This document shows, piece by piece, positions 17,922 to 26,268 of a DNA stretch of 26,594 nt (position 1 is the stretch's first letter; each line of letters opens with the position of its first letter). This DNA is from a virus. Its lineage: Duplodnaviria; Caudoviricetes. Made by a program: the position numbers and the translations under genes. The notes beneath the pieces were generated by a model, which did not search any database, was not told where the DNA came from, and saw nothing but the letters and a program-made list of their open reading frames with translations. The stretch covers positions 1 through 26,594 of IMG/VR virus record IMGVR_UViG_3300029775_000397. One strand, written 5' to 3'.

Positions 17922-19901
17922 CTAAAATTTACTAAGTTCTTTTACAATCCTTTCGCCGACCTTTTTAGCTATAGGTCTAGGGTTAGGATTGTGGATATAT
18001 TCGCTAAAAGCTTCCGCTAGAAACTCGGCGCTATTTTTAGCCCCATAGTCACTAAGTAGGCTTCCGTAGGCTTCCCTAGAAGTTCGGTAAGTTCCAGCCC
18101 TTAAAAGTGTAGTTACTTCGTTTCGGTATTCGTCAAACATTGGTTGTACCCAACCCCGGACGCCTTTTTCCTTTAGGAAGTTGTCTATTTGGTGTCCGAA
18201 TTCGTGGGTCAATACCGACGCTGGGGTATCTGTGCCTATAGGGTGCCAGCCGCTTTTAACGTCACCTTGTAAGGACTTTAAAAACATATTATAATCGCTG
18301 GCGAATTTCTTGTTAAAGGCAATACCTTCATACTTGCCCCACGCCTTATTAGTGGACCATGCGTAAGTATTACCGGGTACTTTTTTCTTTTTAACGGCCG
18401 ACTTAGCCCAGTTTCTAGCTGTGGCTTCATCATATCCCATTTTGACAGCACGTTCTACGTACTTTTCTATGTCGTCTAAATACTTTAGGTTATTCATATT
18501 CTGCGACGTAGATATAAATTTAGTATCTTTAATTTGTGGAAACTTAGTTCGTAACTCTGATAATGTCTTATTTACGTCATTAGCCACGTCAACGTTAAAG
18601 CCTGTATAGTCTACGTAGTCAATATCAAGATTAGTTTTGCCCCACGCCGTAGCTTCGGCTGTGGTCTTTGCTGGGGTATAAGGTGTTCGTATCGCCTGTG
18701 TAGGTACAGTATCCACTTTTGGGGTCTTCGGTACTCTAGGTACAGGATTATCTACTTTATCCCAACTAGCACGGGCTACGGTAATCTGTTTCCCATTATC
18801 AAAGTTAACCCTTACAACGTCCTTTTTAATATCGTCTAAAGTTTCCCCAGGTCTTAAATAACGTCTAGCGTTATCATTTTCTAGTAATTCCTTAGATGTA
18901 GGTAACCCACGTTCTTTAGCGTACTCGTCGTAGGTTCTGGCTTCCGTGTAGGTTCGTTCTCCGAAGTTGGTTTTACTATCACCTTCGCCACGGGCTATAC
19001 GCTCTTTAGTGCTTACCCCTAACGCCGATAGAACAGGAACGTAACTACACCTACAATGTGGGTGGTTCGGTATTCGCTGTCCGGGTACCGCTGGATTAGC
19101 TGGGGTATCGTAATCAAGGTCGTATATCTTGCCGTCATTAGCTGCGTCCATAGGTGCCGTTCTAGTATCAAGGGTAGCATTCCAGCGTTTACCGTCTAGT
19201 ATATCAGCATTTTGCATATAGGAAATACTAGCACCTTGCGCGGCCGCTCTATTAAGTTCAGTACGCATAAGCCGGGTAGCGTTATAATAACTTTCGTCTA
19301 TACGCTTTTCTAGGTTTCTAGCGGCTTCGTTGATACTTAACCCGTTTTCCATAGCAATAGCCACCATTTTACGGGTTTCTTTTGCTACAAGTTCCGTAGT
19401 ATGGCCCATATTAGCCCTTAACCTGTCGCTGTAGGTCACCCTATCTGGTAGCCATGGATTAGCAATAACCCCCAATACGTGGGCCTGTGTAATTAGGTTC
19501 ACTGTAGACGTTACTTTTGCCGACTGCTCTAAGGCGTAGGCTGTAGTGTAGTAACTATATTCAAGGGTCCTACTAATACTATCGGTAAAATAAGGCTGTA
19601 ACTTAGCTTCCAGTAATTCTAATTCGGCTTCCAGCTGGTTTAAAAATTGCTTAATAGATTTATGGCGATACTTTAAACTAACTTCTCTATCTGTGCCTTT
19701 AGCGGCTCGGTATTCTCTAAAAGCTTCGTGCCAGGCCTTATCTGCTCGGTCTTTCATATTACGCCAGGCTGGTTCTAGTTCTAGTATATGCTGGCCGACG
19801 ACTTTGTCAAGTTGCTTTGCGAAGTACTCTGTATAGTTTTCTAGGTCCTTTTGTCGCCTTGTAATGACGGCGGCGTCCTTAGATTTAAAATATCTAGCCA
19901 C
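17922..19901 (-). CDS. Minor head protein (MuF/SPP1 gp7) with C-terminal HEXXH metallopeptidase-like domain
   Basis: ATRLMRTE, WNATLDTRT and PNHPHCRCSYVP (MuF); THEFGHQID...LSDYGAKNSAEFLAEAF (zincin-like; HEFGH at 18192..18206). Confidence 0.9.
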   Translation of the reverse strand: MARYFKSKDAAVITRRQKDLENYTEYFAKQLDKVVGQHILELEPAWRNMKDRADKAWHEAFREYRAAKGTDREVSLKYRHKSIKQFLNQLEAELELLEAKLQPYFTDSISRTLEYSYYTTAYALEQSAKVTSTVNLITQAHVLGVIANPWLPDRVTYSDRLRANMGHTTELVAKETRKMVAIAMENGLSINEAARNLEKRIDESYYNATRLMRTELNRAAAQGASISYMQNADILDGKRWNATLDTRTAPMDAANDGKIYDLDYDTPANPAVPGQRIPNHPHCRCSYVPVLSALGVSTKERIARGEGDSKTNFGERTYTEARTYDEYAKERGLPTSKELLENDNARRYLRPGETLDDIKKDVVRVNFDNGKQITVARASWDKVDNPVPRVPKTPKVDTVPTQAIRTPYTPAKTTAEATAWGKTNLDIDYVDYTGFNVDVANDVNKTLSELRTKFPQIKDTKFISTSQNMNNLKYLDDIEKYVERAVKMGYDEATARNWAKSAVKKKKVPGNTYAWSTNKAWGKYEGIAFNKKFASDYNMFLKSLQGDVKSGWHPIGTDTPASVLTHEFGHQIDNFLKEKGVRGWVQPMFDEYRNEVTTLLRAGTYRTSREAYGSLLSDYGAKNSAEFLAEAFSEYIHNPNPRPIAKKVGERIVKELSKF

Positions 19902-19916
19902 AACCTAAAACCCCCT

Positions 19917-21500
19917 TTACTCGACGTTTGTATCGTCGTCTTTGTTGGGGTCGGTACCGTCGCCGTTGAAGTTTTCTTCTGTATATCCGATAGCCGATAA
20001 ATTATTCTTAGCGGTTTCGGCTTTCTGGGCCTTCATTTCGTCAAGTGCCTTCTGTGGGTCGTCAATAAACCATAGTAATTCATAAAGGTAACTGTCTGGT
20101 ACTTTGTCACCTAGCATAGCCACGATACTAGCTATTTCCTCGTAGTTCTGTGGAAGATTACGAACAAGGCTAACACTAACCCAGTCAGACCTATAAATAT
20201 CGTCGCGGCCTTCCAGCTGTTTAGGGTCAGATACGATAGTATAAGTATCTTGAACGCCATTACTTAATAGCTTTTCTGTATTTAGAAAGTCTGTAAGTAT
20301 TTCTATAAGCCGGATTACAGCCATTATAAAATACGGCTCCTTTTTACTGGCCTTAATATCCAGACAAGCGTATTTCATTTTTATCTCTGTAGCTGTAGCC
20401 CCTTTTAATTCGCTTAACTGTGGTGTATTAGTCGTATAGTAAATATCGTCCTTTAGTCTTGATAGGAAGTTTTCTACTGCCTGGTCTTCCTGTGTCTGGG
20501 CGATAAATTCAGCTTTACTATTAGCGTCCTTAAGTGCGATAGCCCTAGCTTTACGCATTTTTAAGACTTCTTTTTCGTCTACATCTACGCCAGTAAGAAG
20601 TAGGTACATATCCTGTAGATAGTCTACCAGATTAGCCTTGTCACTAATCCCATGGGCGTAGGATACTATAAGGTCAAAGGCTCCGAAACTAAGGTCGCTT
20701 TTACCGTTGCCCTTTAGACGGTCTTTGTATTTAGCTGGTACGCCGTTTCTATATACGGTTACCGGGATACGACCCGCTTTATGCTCTATAGGGTTCCCTG
20801 TAGCGACTTCCGTTTCGTCTAGTACAAAACCTGTACCACCGTCACTAATGTAGTATGTGATATAACGGTCGTCGTATACTTCGACACGCTTTTTAGTAAT
20901 AAGCTGTGTACCTTCCATAACCTCGACTTCATATTTACGAAGTACTAGGCGTAATCTATTACGGACGTCGTAAACTGGTATAACTTCCTGTACCGGGTAT
21001 TCGTTATAATCAATGTTTCCTTTTTCGTCTACCCACGCAATAATAGAAGAATAGCAAGCTATACAGCCTTGTCTTAGCATTTCGGCTAACACCATAGTAG
21101 CCTTATCCTTAAGTAATTCCGTAATCTTTTTACGATATTCGGTAAGTATTTCGCTTTCTTCGGTGTCTAGGTCGTCCTGGTCGTTATCCTCAATAGTCCA
21201 TACCGGGGACTTTCCGACCATATAATCTACTAGGGTGTCTATGATAATCATAGAGTAATTGGCTATCAGCTTATAGTTAGTACCGTCACCCCTAGCCTTA
21301 TTACGGTTAGCTATGTCGTCTAATTCACCGTCGTAGGCCGCCTGGTACTTTTCGACATCTGCGTCTTTAATCCAGGCGTCATGTTTATCTATTATATCTG
21401 TTACCCAGCCAGCGTTAGCAACTATCCAATCCGTGGCGTCCTGTGCGGTAGCGTTCGGTTTTTCTGCTAATGTAGTAGGTATCATAAATGATACTGCCAT
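19917..21500 (-). CDS. Portal protein (SPP1 gp6-like)
   Basis: NYSMIIIDTLVDYMVG, EVIPVYD, HKAGRIPV, GKSD and RNLPQN motifs; follows TerL. Confidence 0.93.
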   Translation of the reverse strand: MAVSFMIPTTLAEKPNATAQDATDWIVANAGWVTDIIDKHDAWIKDADVEKYQAAYDGELDDIANRNKARGDGTNYKLIANYSMIIIDTLVDYMVGKSPVWTIEDNDQDDLDTEESEILTEYRKKITELLKDKATMVLAEMLRQGCIACYSSIIAWVDEKGNIDYNEYPVQEVIPVYDVRNRLRLVLRKYEVEVMEGTQLITKKRVEVYDDRYITYYISDGGTGFVLDETEVATGNPIEHKAGRIPVTVYRNGVPAKYKDRLKGNGKSDLSFGAFDLIVSYAHGISDKANLVDYLQDMYLLLTGVDVDEKEVLKMRKARAIALKDANSKAEFIAQTQEDQAVENFLSRLKDDIYYTTNTPQLSELKGATATEIKMKYACLDIKASKKEPYFIMAVIRLIEILTDFLNTEKLLSNGVQDTYTIVSDPKQLEGRDDIYRSDWVSVSLVRNLPQNYEEIASIVAMLGDKVPDSYLYELLWFIDDPQKALDEMKAQKAETAKNNLSAIGYTEENFNGDGTDPNKDDDTNVE

Positions 21501-21515
21501 AATATAACCCCCTTC

Positions 21516-23192
21516 TTAAACTACGTCGTTTCGGTCGAACGCTGTAGCCTGTCTTGAATTTACGTTAATATTTCTTGCTGCCTTCATAAGTAAGAACACG
21601 CCAGTAGCGAAGTCGTCATGTGGTACGTGTCCCGGTTTACGTGGTTCGGCGTTCGCTGGTACATAAAAGTTAATAGATTGGTGCTTTTTCGCTTCCCGTG
21701 TAAGGTGTTCCAACTGCCAACGGACTTCTTGCCATAATTCCCGTTGGTCTGGGTCGGTGGGGGAAGGGGGTATCTTTAAAAGGTCGTTAGATACGTAATC
21801 ATAAGCCAGATACCCTAATTTACTTTTACTTTCGTCGCCACTAGCTTTAAATTTATAAGCTTCCACTAGACCCACGTTATTACGGTCTAGTTGCTCTTTA
21901 AGATAATAGGCTAGGGGTTCGCCAACGCCTGTAGCGTCGCATACACCACCTAGACAATTCCAATGTCCTTTAATGATTTTAGGTAGCATAGTCCTAACTT
22001 TGGTATGTTGTTTTCCTACCCACTGATAGAAGCATACAGGGACTACAGTACCGTCCTTATGCAATTCGCCTATCGTAAGGGTAAGGGCGTCGCGCTTGTG
22101 CATACCTACAGCTGTATTAATATCGGTGCTTTCCTCGGCTTCGCCCGCAACGTCCACCGACCATATATAAGTTTTTCCCTTTTCGGGCTGTACGGCCATA
22201 CTGTAGTCGTTGTGGTAGATACGTGCCATTTGCTCCGAATTAAAAAAGCGACCTATAGCGTCTACTGCCTTTAGTAAATACTGGGTCTGTATGGCTATGT
22301 GGTCTATACCCAGTCTAGCGACTTGGTTTTCGAAGGCTTTACGATAGTTGTCGTTTCCAGACTTTATTACTGCGTGGGCGTCCACCTTAAATACTAGCTT
22401 CGGACGATAACCTAGTTCCTTCTCTAGTCGGTCTTCCATATCCCTAGCCTGTAGTTCGCCCTTATAAATAAAGCTGTCTTTAGTCCAGGCTACGCCCCAT
22501 AGTACGGTAGTGGCGTTATTAAAGGCCCCCATAGGCTGGGCGTCACGTTCCCACTTATCAACGTCTATGTCTTGCGCTTCGTCACCCTCTAGTAGGGTAT
22601 AGGCCGTCTGGGAAGTGACGTTAGAAGCGGGGTTTATAGATAAAAAAGCCCACTTATTACTGTCCCTAGGTGGTCCCATGTGATACTTGTAGCCGTCTGA
22701 TTTTCTAAACTTGCCCTTTGTAAGGACGCTTCCAGCCAGACCGCCACTATCTGGGGTATTAGCCCCTTCTAAACGGTCCATACTAGCCTGTACCTGTGGC
22801 TTATATACTGGGGCGAATTTTACCCCAGATACACGGACCCCATAATACCAGCCGTAAAGTAATAAATACTGCTGGATAAAGGCGCTTATTTCGTTCTTAC
22901 CAGCCTGTCTAGTAATCTGTACCACGAAATACCAGCCTAGGCTATTAAGACAGCTGTATATAATAGCGTCAGCTACTTGTATCTGATAATCGAAGGGGTC
23001 GTTACGCCGCATAAGACGCCACGCTTCCCGTAGATTTTCCCTTTTGAATATATCACCGAAATTATTAAGCACGTTGTACGGTATCCCTTGTCTAGCCGCT
23101 GCGACGGTATGGGGGATAGCTACCATAATCGGCGCCCCTGTAACCGGGTCTATATCGTCAACGTATGTAAAAGTAGTCTTGTATTCGCTCAT
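21516..23192 (-). CDS. terL: Terminase large subunit
   Basis: Q motif (FDYQ), Walker A TRQAGKNE, Walker B LLEGDEAQD, RNase H-like nuclease motifs WSVDVAG, CDATGVG and HDD. Confidence 0.93.
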   Translation of the reverse strand: MSEYKTTFTYVDDIDPVTGAPIMVAIPHTVAAARQGIPYNVLNNFGDIFKRENLREAWRLMRRNDPFDYQIQVADAIIYSCLNSLGWYFVVQITRQAGKNEISAFIQQYLLLYGWYYGVRVSGVKFAPVYKPQVQASMDRLEGANTPDSGGLAGSVLTKGKFRKSDGYKYHMGPPRDSNKWAFLSINPASNVTSQTAYTLLEGDEAQDIDVDKWERDAQPMGAFNNATTVLWGVAWTKDSFIYKGELQARDMEDRLEKELGYRPKLVFKVDAHAVIKSGNDNYRKAFENQVARLGIDHIAIQTQYLLKAVDAIGRFFNSEQMARIYHNDYSMAVQPEKGKTYIWSVDVAGEAEESTDINTAVGMHKRDALTLTIGELHKDGTVVPVCFYQWVGKQHTKVRTMLPKIIKGHWNCLGGVCDATGVGEPLAYYLKEQLDRNNVGLVEAYKFKASGDESKSKLGYLAYDYVSNDLLKIPPSPTDPDQRELWQEVRWQLEHLTREAKKHQSINFYVPANAEPRKPGHVPHDDFATGVFLLMKAARNINVNSRQATAFDRNDVV

Positions 23193-23395
23193 AATCTAAG
23201 GTCGTCGGTGTCTATGTCTTCCAGTAGTACAGCTTCGTCACAATAAGACCGCTTTATGATATATTCGCTTTCCTCACAATTTTCACATAGCTTCATGGAA
23301 CACATATAAATAGCGCCGTTATAGTCGCTTTTAGTACACTGGGTACAGATACACCCTTTACATGGTGCTACATCATGTTTCATAGCCACCGACAC
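23189..23395 (-). CDS. Small cysteine-rich protein (8 Cys; probable metal binding)
   Basis: CKGCICTQC...CSMKLCENC...C; SD AAAGGGGGTG suggests the true start is a few codons downstream; ATGA overlap with terL. Confidence 0.7.
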   Translation of the reverse strand: MSVAMKHDVAPCKGCICTQCTKSDYNGAIYMCSMKLCENCEESEYIIKRSYCDEAVLLEDIDTDDLRL

Positions 23396-23442
23396 CCCCT
23401 TTCCATATAGCCCCTTAATAAACTAATTTGTAGTGTAGTATA

Positions 23443-23478
23443 AATAAAAACGCTGTAAATAGCGGCTTTCCAGCGTTT
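23443..23478 (-). terminator. Second hairpin with U-rich tail after terS
   Basis: AAACGCTG-(15 nt)-CAGCGTTT then TTATT. Confidence 0.5.
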
Positions 23479-23483
23479 AGGGT

Positions 23484-23512
23484 AATAAAAAAGACGCCCG
23501 TTTAAGCGTCTT
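23484..23512 (-). terminator. Intrinsic terminator after terS
   Basis: AAGACGCT-TAAACG-GGCGTCTT then TTTTATT. Confidence 0.75.
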
Positions 23513-23531
23513 ACTACGTTTTATACTACAT

Positions 23532-24269
23532 TTATTCGTTATTTTCACTTTTGGCCTGTGCGTTTCCACCCCAGGAAATACTTACTTGTCCTTTGGAAGC
23601 TGCCCTAAGTTCACTGTTTATAGCGTCCATAATATCGTCGGTCTTTTCTTCGCCGTTCATTCTATTATGGGCTTCGACTAATCTACGAAGCGTGTTTAAG
23701 GCTCTGTCTAAGGCTCTGTCCTCAATCGTTCCAGCGTGATAGTAAGAACGGCCGCTGTTTTCGCTTTCGCTATAAAAGACCTTAGATTTACGGTAAGCTA
23801 TTTCGTCGCCTTCCTTTTCCCGGTCTTTTTCAAACTTTTCACGTTGCCTATTTAAGTAACTAATAATTTTAGTCTTTTGTAAACTTATTTCATATTCCAG
23901 ACTTTTAGGTTCTGCGTCCTGTAGCTGGTCGAATATCTCTTGTTCCTCTGGTAGCAAGGTTTTAGCGTAAAGTCCATGGGTTCTATTATTCTGAATAGAC
24001 CTAGCTTTACCTTCTGGCGTTTTAGGTCCTGTACTAAGTCCACCATGCAAACGACACCTACCATAGCCTAAATGATTAGTTCCCGCGCCCGCTGGTTGTC
24101 TGCACGGCTTTCCATTTTTCATAGCCCCACAGCATAGCGTAGGATACTTACGCATTATAGCGATATGGTTTAGATGGTCCGCTTGCGGGTGGAATTGAAT
24201 TTTAAGGCGCATATCGTAGGGGTCGTAATTTTCTGGTAGTATAATATTTTTATTTGTAGCGCTTGCCAT
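23532..24269 (-). CDS. Putative terminase small subunit with HGGxSTG zinc-finger-like domain
   Basis: CGAMKNGKPC...GRCRLHGGLSTGPKTPEG...NNRTHGLYA followed by coiled-coil; upstream of terL. Confidence 0.8.
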   Translation of the reverse strand: MASATNKNIILPENYDPYDMRLKIQFHPQADHLNHIAIMRKYPTLCCGAMKNGKPCRQPAGAGTNHLGYGRCRLHGGLSTGPKTPEGKARSIQNNRTHGLYAKTLLPEEQEIFDQLQDAEPKSLEYEISLQKTKIISYLNRQREKFEKDREKEGDEIAYRKSKVFYSESENSGRSYYHAGTIEDRALDRALNTLRRLVEAHNRMNGEEKTDDIMDAINSELRAASKGQVSISWGGNAQAKSENNE

Positions 24270-24333
24270 AGAATTACCCCCTTATTTCGTTATTCGTACG
24301 TCGTCGTTGTTCGACACTTATATCTCTGTACTG

Positions 24334-24371
24334 AATAAGAAAGGGACCCCGGTAAAAAACCAGCGCCCCCT
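24334..24371 (-). terminator. Terminator-like hairpin in the late-operon leader
   Basis: AGGGGGCGCTGGT-TTTTT-ACCGGGGTCCCTT followed by TCTTATT; stem has G.U pairs and one mismatch. Confidence 0.6.
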
Positions 24372-24408
24372 AACAATCTTATAGACAGTACAATAGCATT
24401 GTAATACT

Positions 24409-24437
24409 ACTATAGTTTATCTTTCGTAATAGTGCAA
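24409..24437 (-). promoter_or_regulatory. SigmaA-like late promoter
   Basis: TTGCAC (24432..24437), 17-nt spacer, TATAGT (24409..24414); palindrome TACAAT-AGC-ATTGTA at 24389..24403 near the predicted start site. Confidence 0.6.
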
Positions 24438-24440
24438 TAA

Positions 24441-24797
24441 TTAAATATTGTCTTGTAGACAATCCCAGTCACCATTAACATAATGATACACGAAACTTAC
24501 AGCTTTATCACATCTGTAGTAGTACTGGTCTTTGGTATAATTAAGGTGTTCTAGCACCCATCTAAACGGTTGTGGTCTAACCCAACGGTAATAAACCACG
24601 ATACGTAATTCTAACGGTAAAGCTGCGTAAGCCATTTCCAGCATTATTTTATTTAGCTGTCTATTTGATATTCCATCTGTCGGCCTACTCGTAGTATTGC
24701 ACGGGATAGGGTCTTCTGTTGGTGGTCCACCACAAACTAAGTTGTCCCATTCGCTTAACCAACGCCTTACCGTTCGCCTACTTATTCTTCCTGTCAA
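24441..24797 (-). CDS. Putative late transcription regulator (sigma70-region-4-like HTH; ArpU/RinA/Q-like position)
   Basis: LEMAYAALPLELRIVVYYRW...VLEHLNYTKDQYYYRCDKAV helix pattern; last gene before terS; TTG at 24797 has SD GGGGGTG. Confidence 0.7.
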   Translation of the reverse strand: MTGRISRRTVRRWLSEWDNLVCGGPPTEDPIPCNTTSRPTDGISNRQLNKIMLEMAYAALPLELRIVVYYRWVRPQPFRWVLEHLNYTKDQYYYRCDKAVSFVYHYVNGDWDCLQDNI

Positions 24798-24835
24798 TGC
24801 ATCCACCCCCAACGTAAAAGCGTTAAAAAATATAT

Positions 24836-25021
24836 AAAACCTTTTTTAAAGAGGGGGGGTAATAGAAAACCATACTAAAATCAACTCCTAAAAGGAATGG
24901 TAAAACCATGTACCCCCCCAAAAGAAAAACCATAGTCATTATATTATATATAGTATATTATTATAATTATTTATATTATTATATATAGTATATAGTTAGT
25001 ACTTATTAATTAATTAATAAG
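24836..25021. repeat. AT-rich region with iteron-like direct repeats and palindromes
   Basis: AAAACCAT x3 (24866, 24902, 24926); GGGGGGGTA/TACCCCCCC inverted pair (24853, 24911); TATTATATATAGTATAT x2 (24942, 24977); 20-bp palindrome at 25002..25021. Confidence 0.8.
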
Positions 25022-25159
25022 GTAGTAGTCTTTGTTCTTTATAGCTGGAATTCTCTACGTTTTAAGGCTTTTGATTTTCTTTTTTCGTAGTTAGTTCCTC
25101 TTTATTCGCTGTACGTTATACGATTTTCGTTTCACGTTATAAGTTTCCAGCGTCAAGTC

Positions 25160-25486
25160 CTACAGCCTTCTAGCCCTTGATTCTCCTTTTGTTTTCTTCT
25201 TTTTGCGTCTTGCGGCTCTATTTTGGTATTCTTTCGGGAAGCAGACAATATAATTCTTTGTGTCTGGTTGCTCGTTACGTATAACCTGTAACATTGCCAG
25301 TAATTCGTCTGCGTCTGGCTCTGGTGTACCCAGTAACCCCGGTAACCTATGTATAAATTCCACAGGGTCGCCACCCATACCATTTACTATTGCCACGACT
25401 TCCATGGCTTTACCTTCGTCGCAATTAAGAACCGTCTGGACTTCATGGACCAGGTAATCGTAATACGTGTTATTGGTTGCCATCAA
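25160..25486 (-). CDS. Hypothetical phage protein with basic C-terminus
   Basis: 108 aa, SD GAAGGTGGTG, co-oriented and adjacent to the upstream gene. Confidence 0.7.
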   Translation of the reverse strand: MMATNNTYYDYLVHEVQTVLNCDEGKAMEVVAIVNGMGGDPVEFIHRLPGLLGTPEPDADELLAMLQVIRNEQPDTKNYIVCFPKEYQNRAARRKKKKTKGESRARRL

Positions 25487-25487
25487 C

Positions 25488-25721
25488 TTACACCACCTTC
25501 CTGTGTAGCATTACAATATGTTCGACTAATGAATGTGTAAAATCATATACAAGCCGTTGCCCTTCGGGGTTATTGGCGATATAAACTGTTTTCTCCCAGG
25601 CTGGTGGTTTGCTAGTTGACTGCCCAGGCGCGTAATACTGTACGTTAAAATATATTCTTTTACCGTCTACCCATGGGAATGCTCTTATTTTGCACGAACC
25701 AATCCATTTATCTAGTTCCAT
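25488..25721 (-). CDS. Hypothetical phage protein
   Basis: 77 aa, SD GAAGGCGGTG, TGATG coupling to the upstream gene. Confidence 0.7.
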   Translation of the reverse strand: MELDKWIGSCKIRAFPWVDGKRIYFNVQYYAPGQSTSKPPAWEKTVYIANNPEGQRLVYDFTHSLVEHIVMLHRKVV

Positions 25722-26095
25722 CAGCTTACACCGCCTTCCAGATACGTAATTTCATAGCCTTTACTTTCAGCGTATTCCTTTTCACGTTTTGCGCCTGGGC
25801 TGTCTTTCCAGTTCGGCATTAGTGCTATATGTTTCGCTGTGTCTATCATCATAAAACAAATAGGGAAATATTCTTCATAGTCAAGCCCTACAGGAAGGGT
25901 AGCCGGGTTAAATACTGCGTAACCAGAATTACTAAGGACCCTAGCGTGAATATCAAATAACGCTTTGTAGTTATTAAGACCCGTCATTTTACCAGCAAGG
26001 TATACCGTGGGCTTCTTTGGTATCTCTATATACTCGGTTATTTCTATTTGTCCTGGTATGTTCTCAATCGGTTTACTAATTTCTTTATCTTTCAT
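25721..26095 (-). CDS. DUF4406-like protein (nucleoside 2-deoxyribosyltransferase-like fold)
   Basis: VYLAGKMTG, GYAVFNPA and LMPNWKDSPGAKREKEYAE motifs. Confidence 0.85.
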   Translation of the reverse strand: MKDKEISKPIENIPGQIEITEYIEIPKKPTVYLAGKMTGLNNYKALFDIHARVLSNSGYAVFNPATLPVGLDYEEYFPICFMMIDTAKHIALMPNWKDSPGAKREKEYAESKGYEITYLEGGVS

Positions 26096-26268
26096 TCCTT
26101 AGCACTCCTTTCGGGTTTGTTTAAGCGTTTCGCTTCCTCACGTTCAAACTTACAGTAAACTATTAACGACATAAAAGTTAGTAATAATTGTTCGTCGTTT
26201 GGTGGCTCTACGTCGTCAATATTTTCGTATTCTTTTAACACACGTTTTCTATATTCTACAAAGTTCAC
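26092..26268 (-). CDS. Hypothetical 58-aa protein (not in the ORF track)
   Basis: GTG start, MNFVEYRKRVLKEYENIDDVEPPNDEQLLLTFMSLIVYCKFEREEAKRLNKPERSAKE*; 4-nt overlaps with both neighbours; SD GAAGGGGG. Confidence 0.7.
   Translation of the reverse strand: MNFVEYRKRVLKEYENIDDVEPPNDEQLLLTFMSLIVYCKFEREEAKRLNKPERSAKE

Noticed and set aside
24836-25021. CRISPR array or tRNA in the repeat-rich intergenic region
   Set aside because: Repeats are too short and irregular, there are no spacer-length unique units, and there is no cloverleaf or T-loop motif.
25153-25383. Alternative 76-aa minus-strand ORF
   Set aside because: It overlaps 25160..25486 out of frame, and that ORF has the SD and operon-like spacing.
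321-25540. Many + strand ORFs in the track (e.g. 8759..9559, 9893..10522, 4791..5399, 17083..17649)
   Set aside because: They are antisense shadows of recognisable minus-strand genes, with Ser/Ala/Pro-biased sequence and no recognisable motifs.
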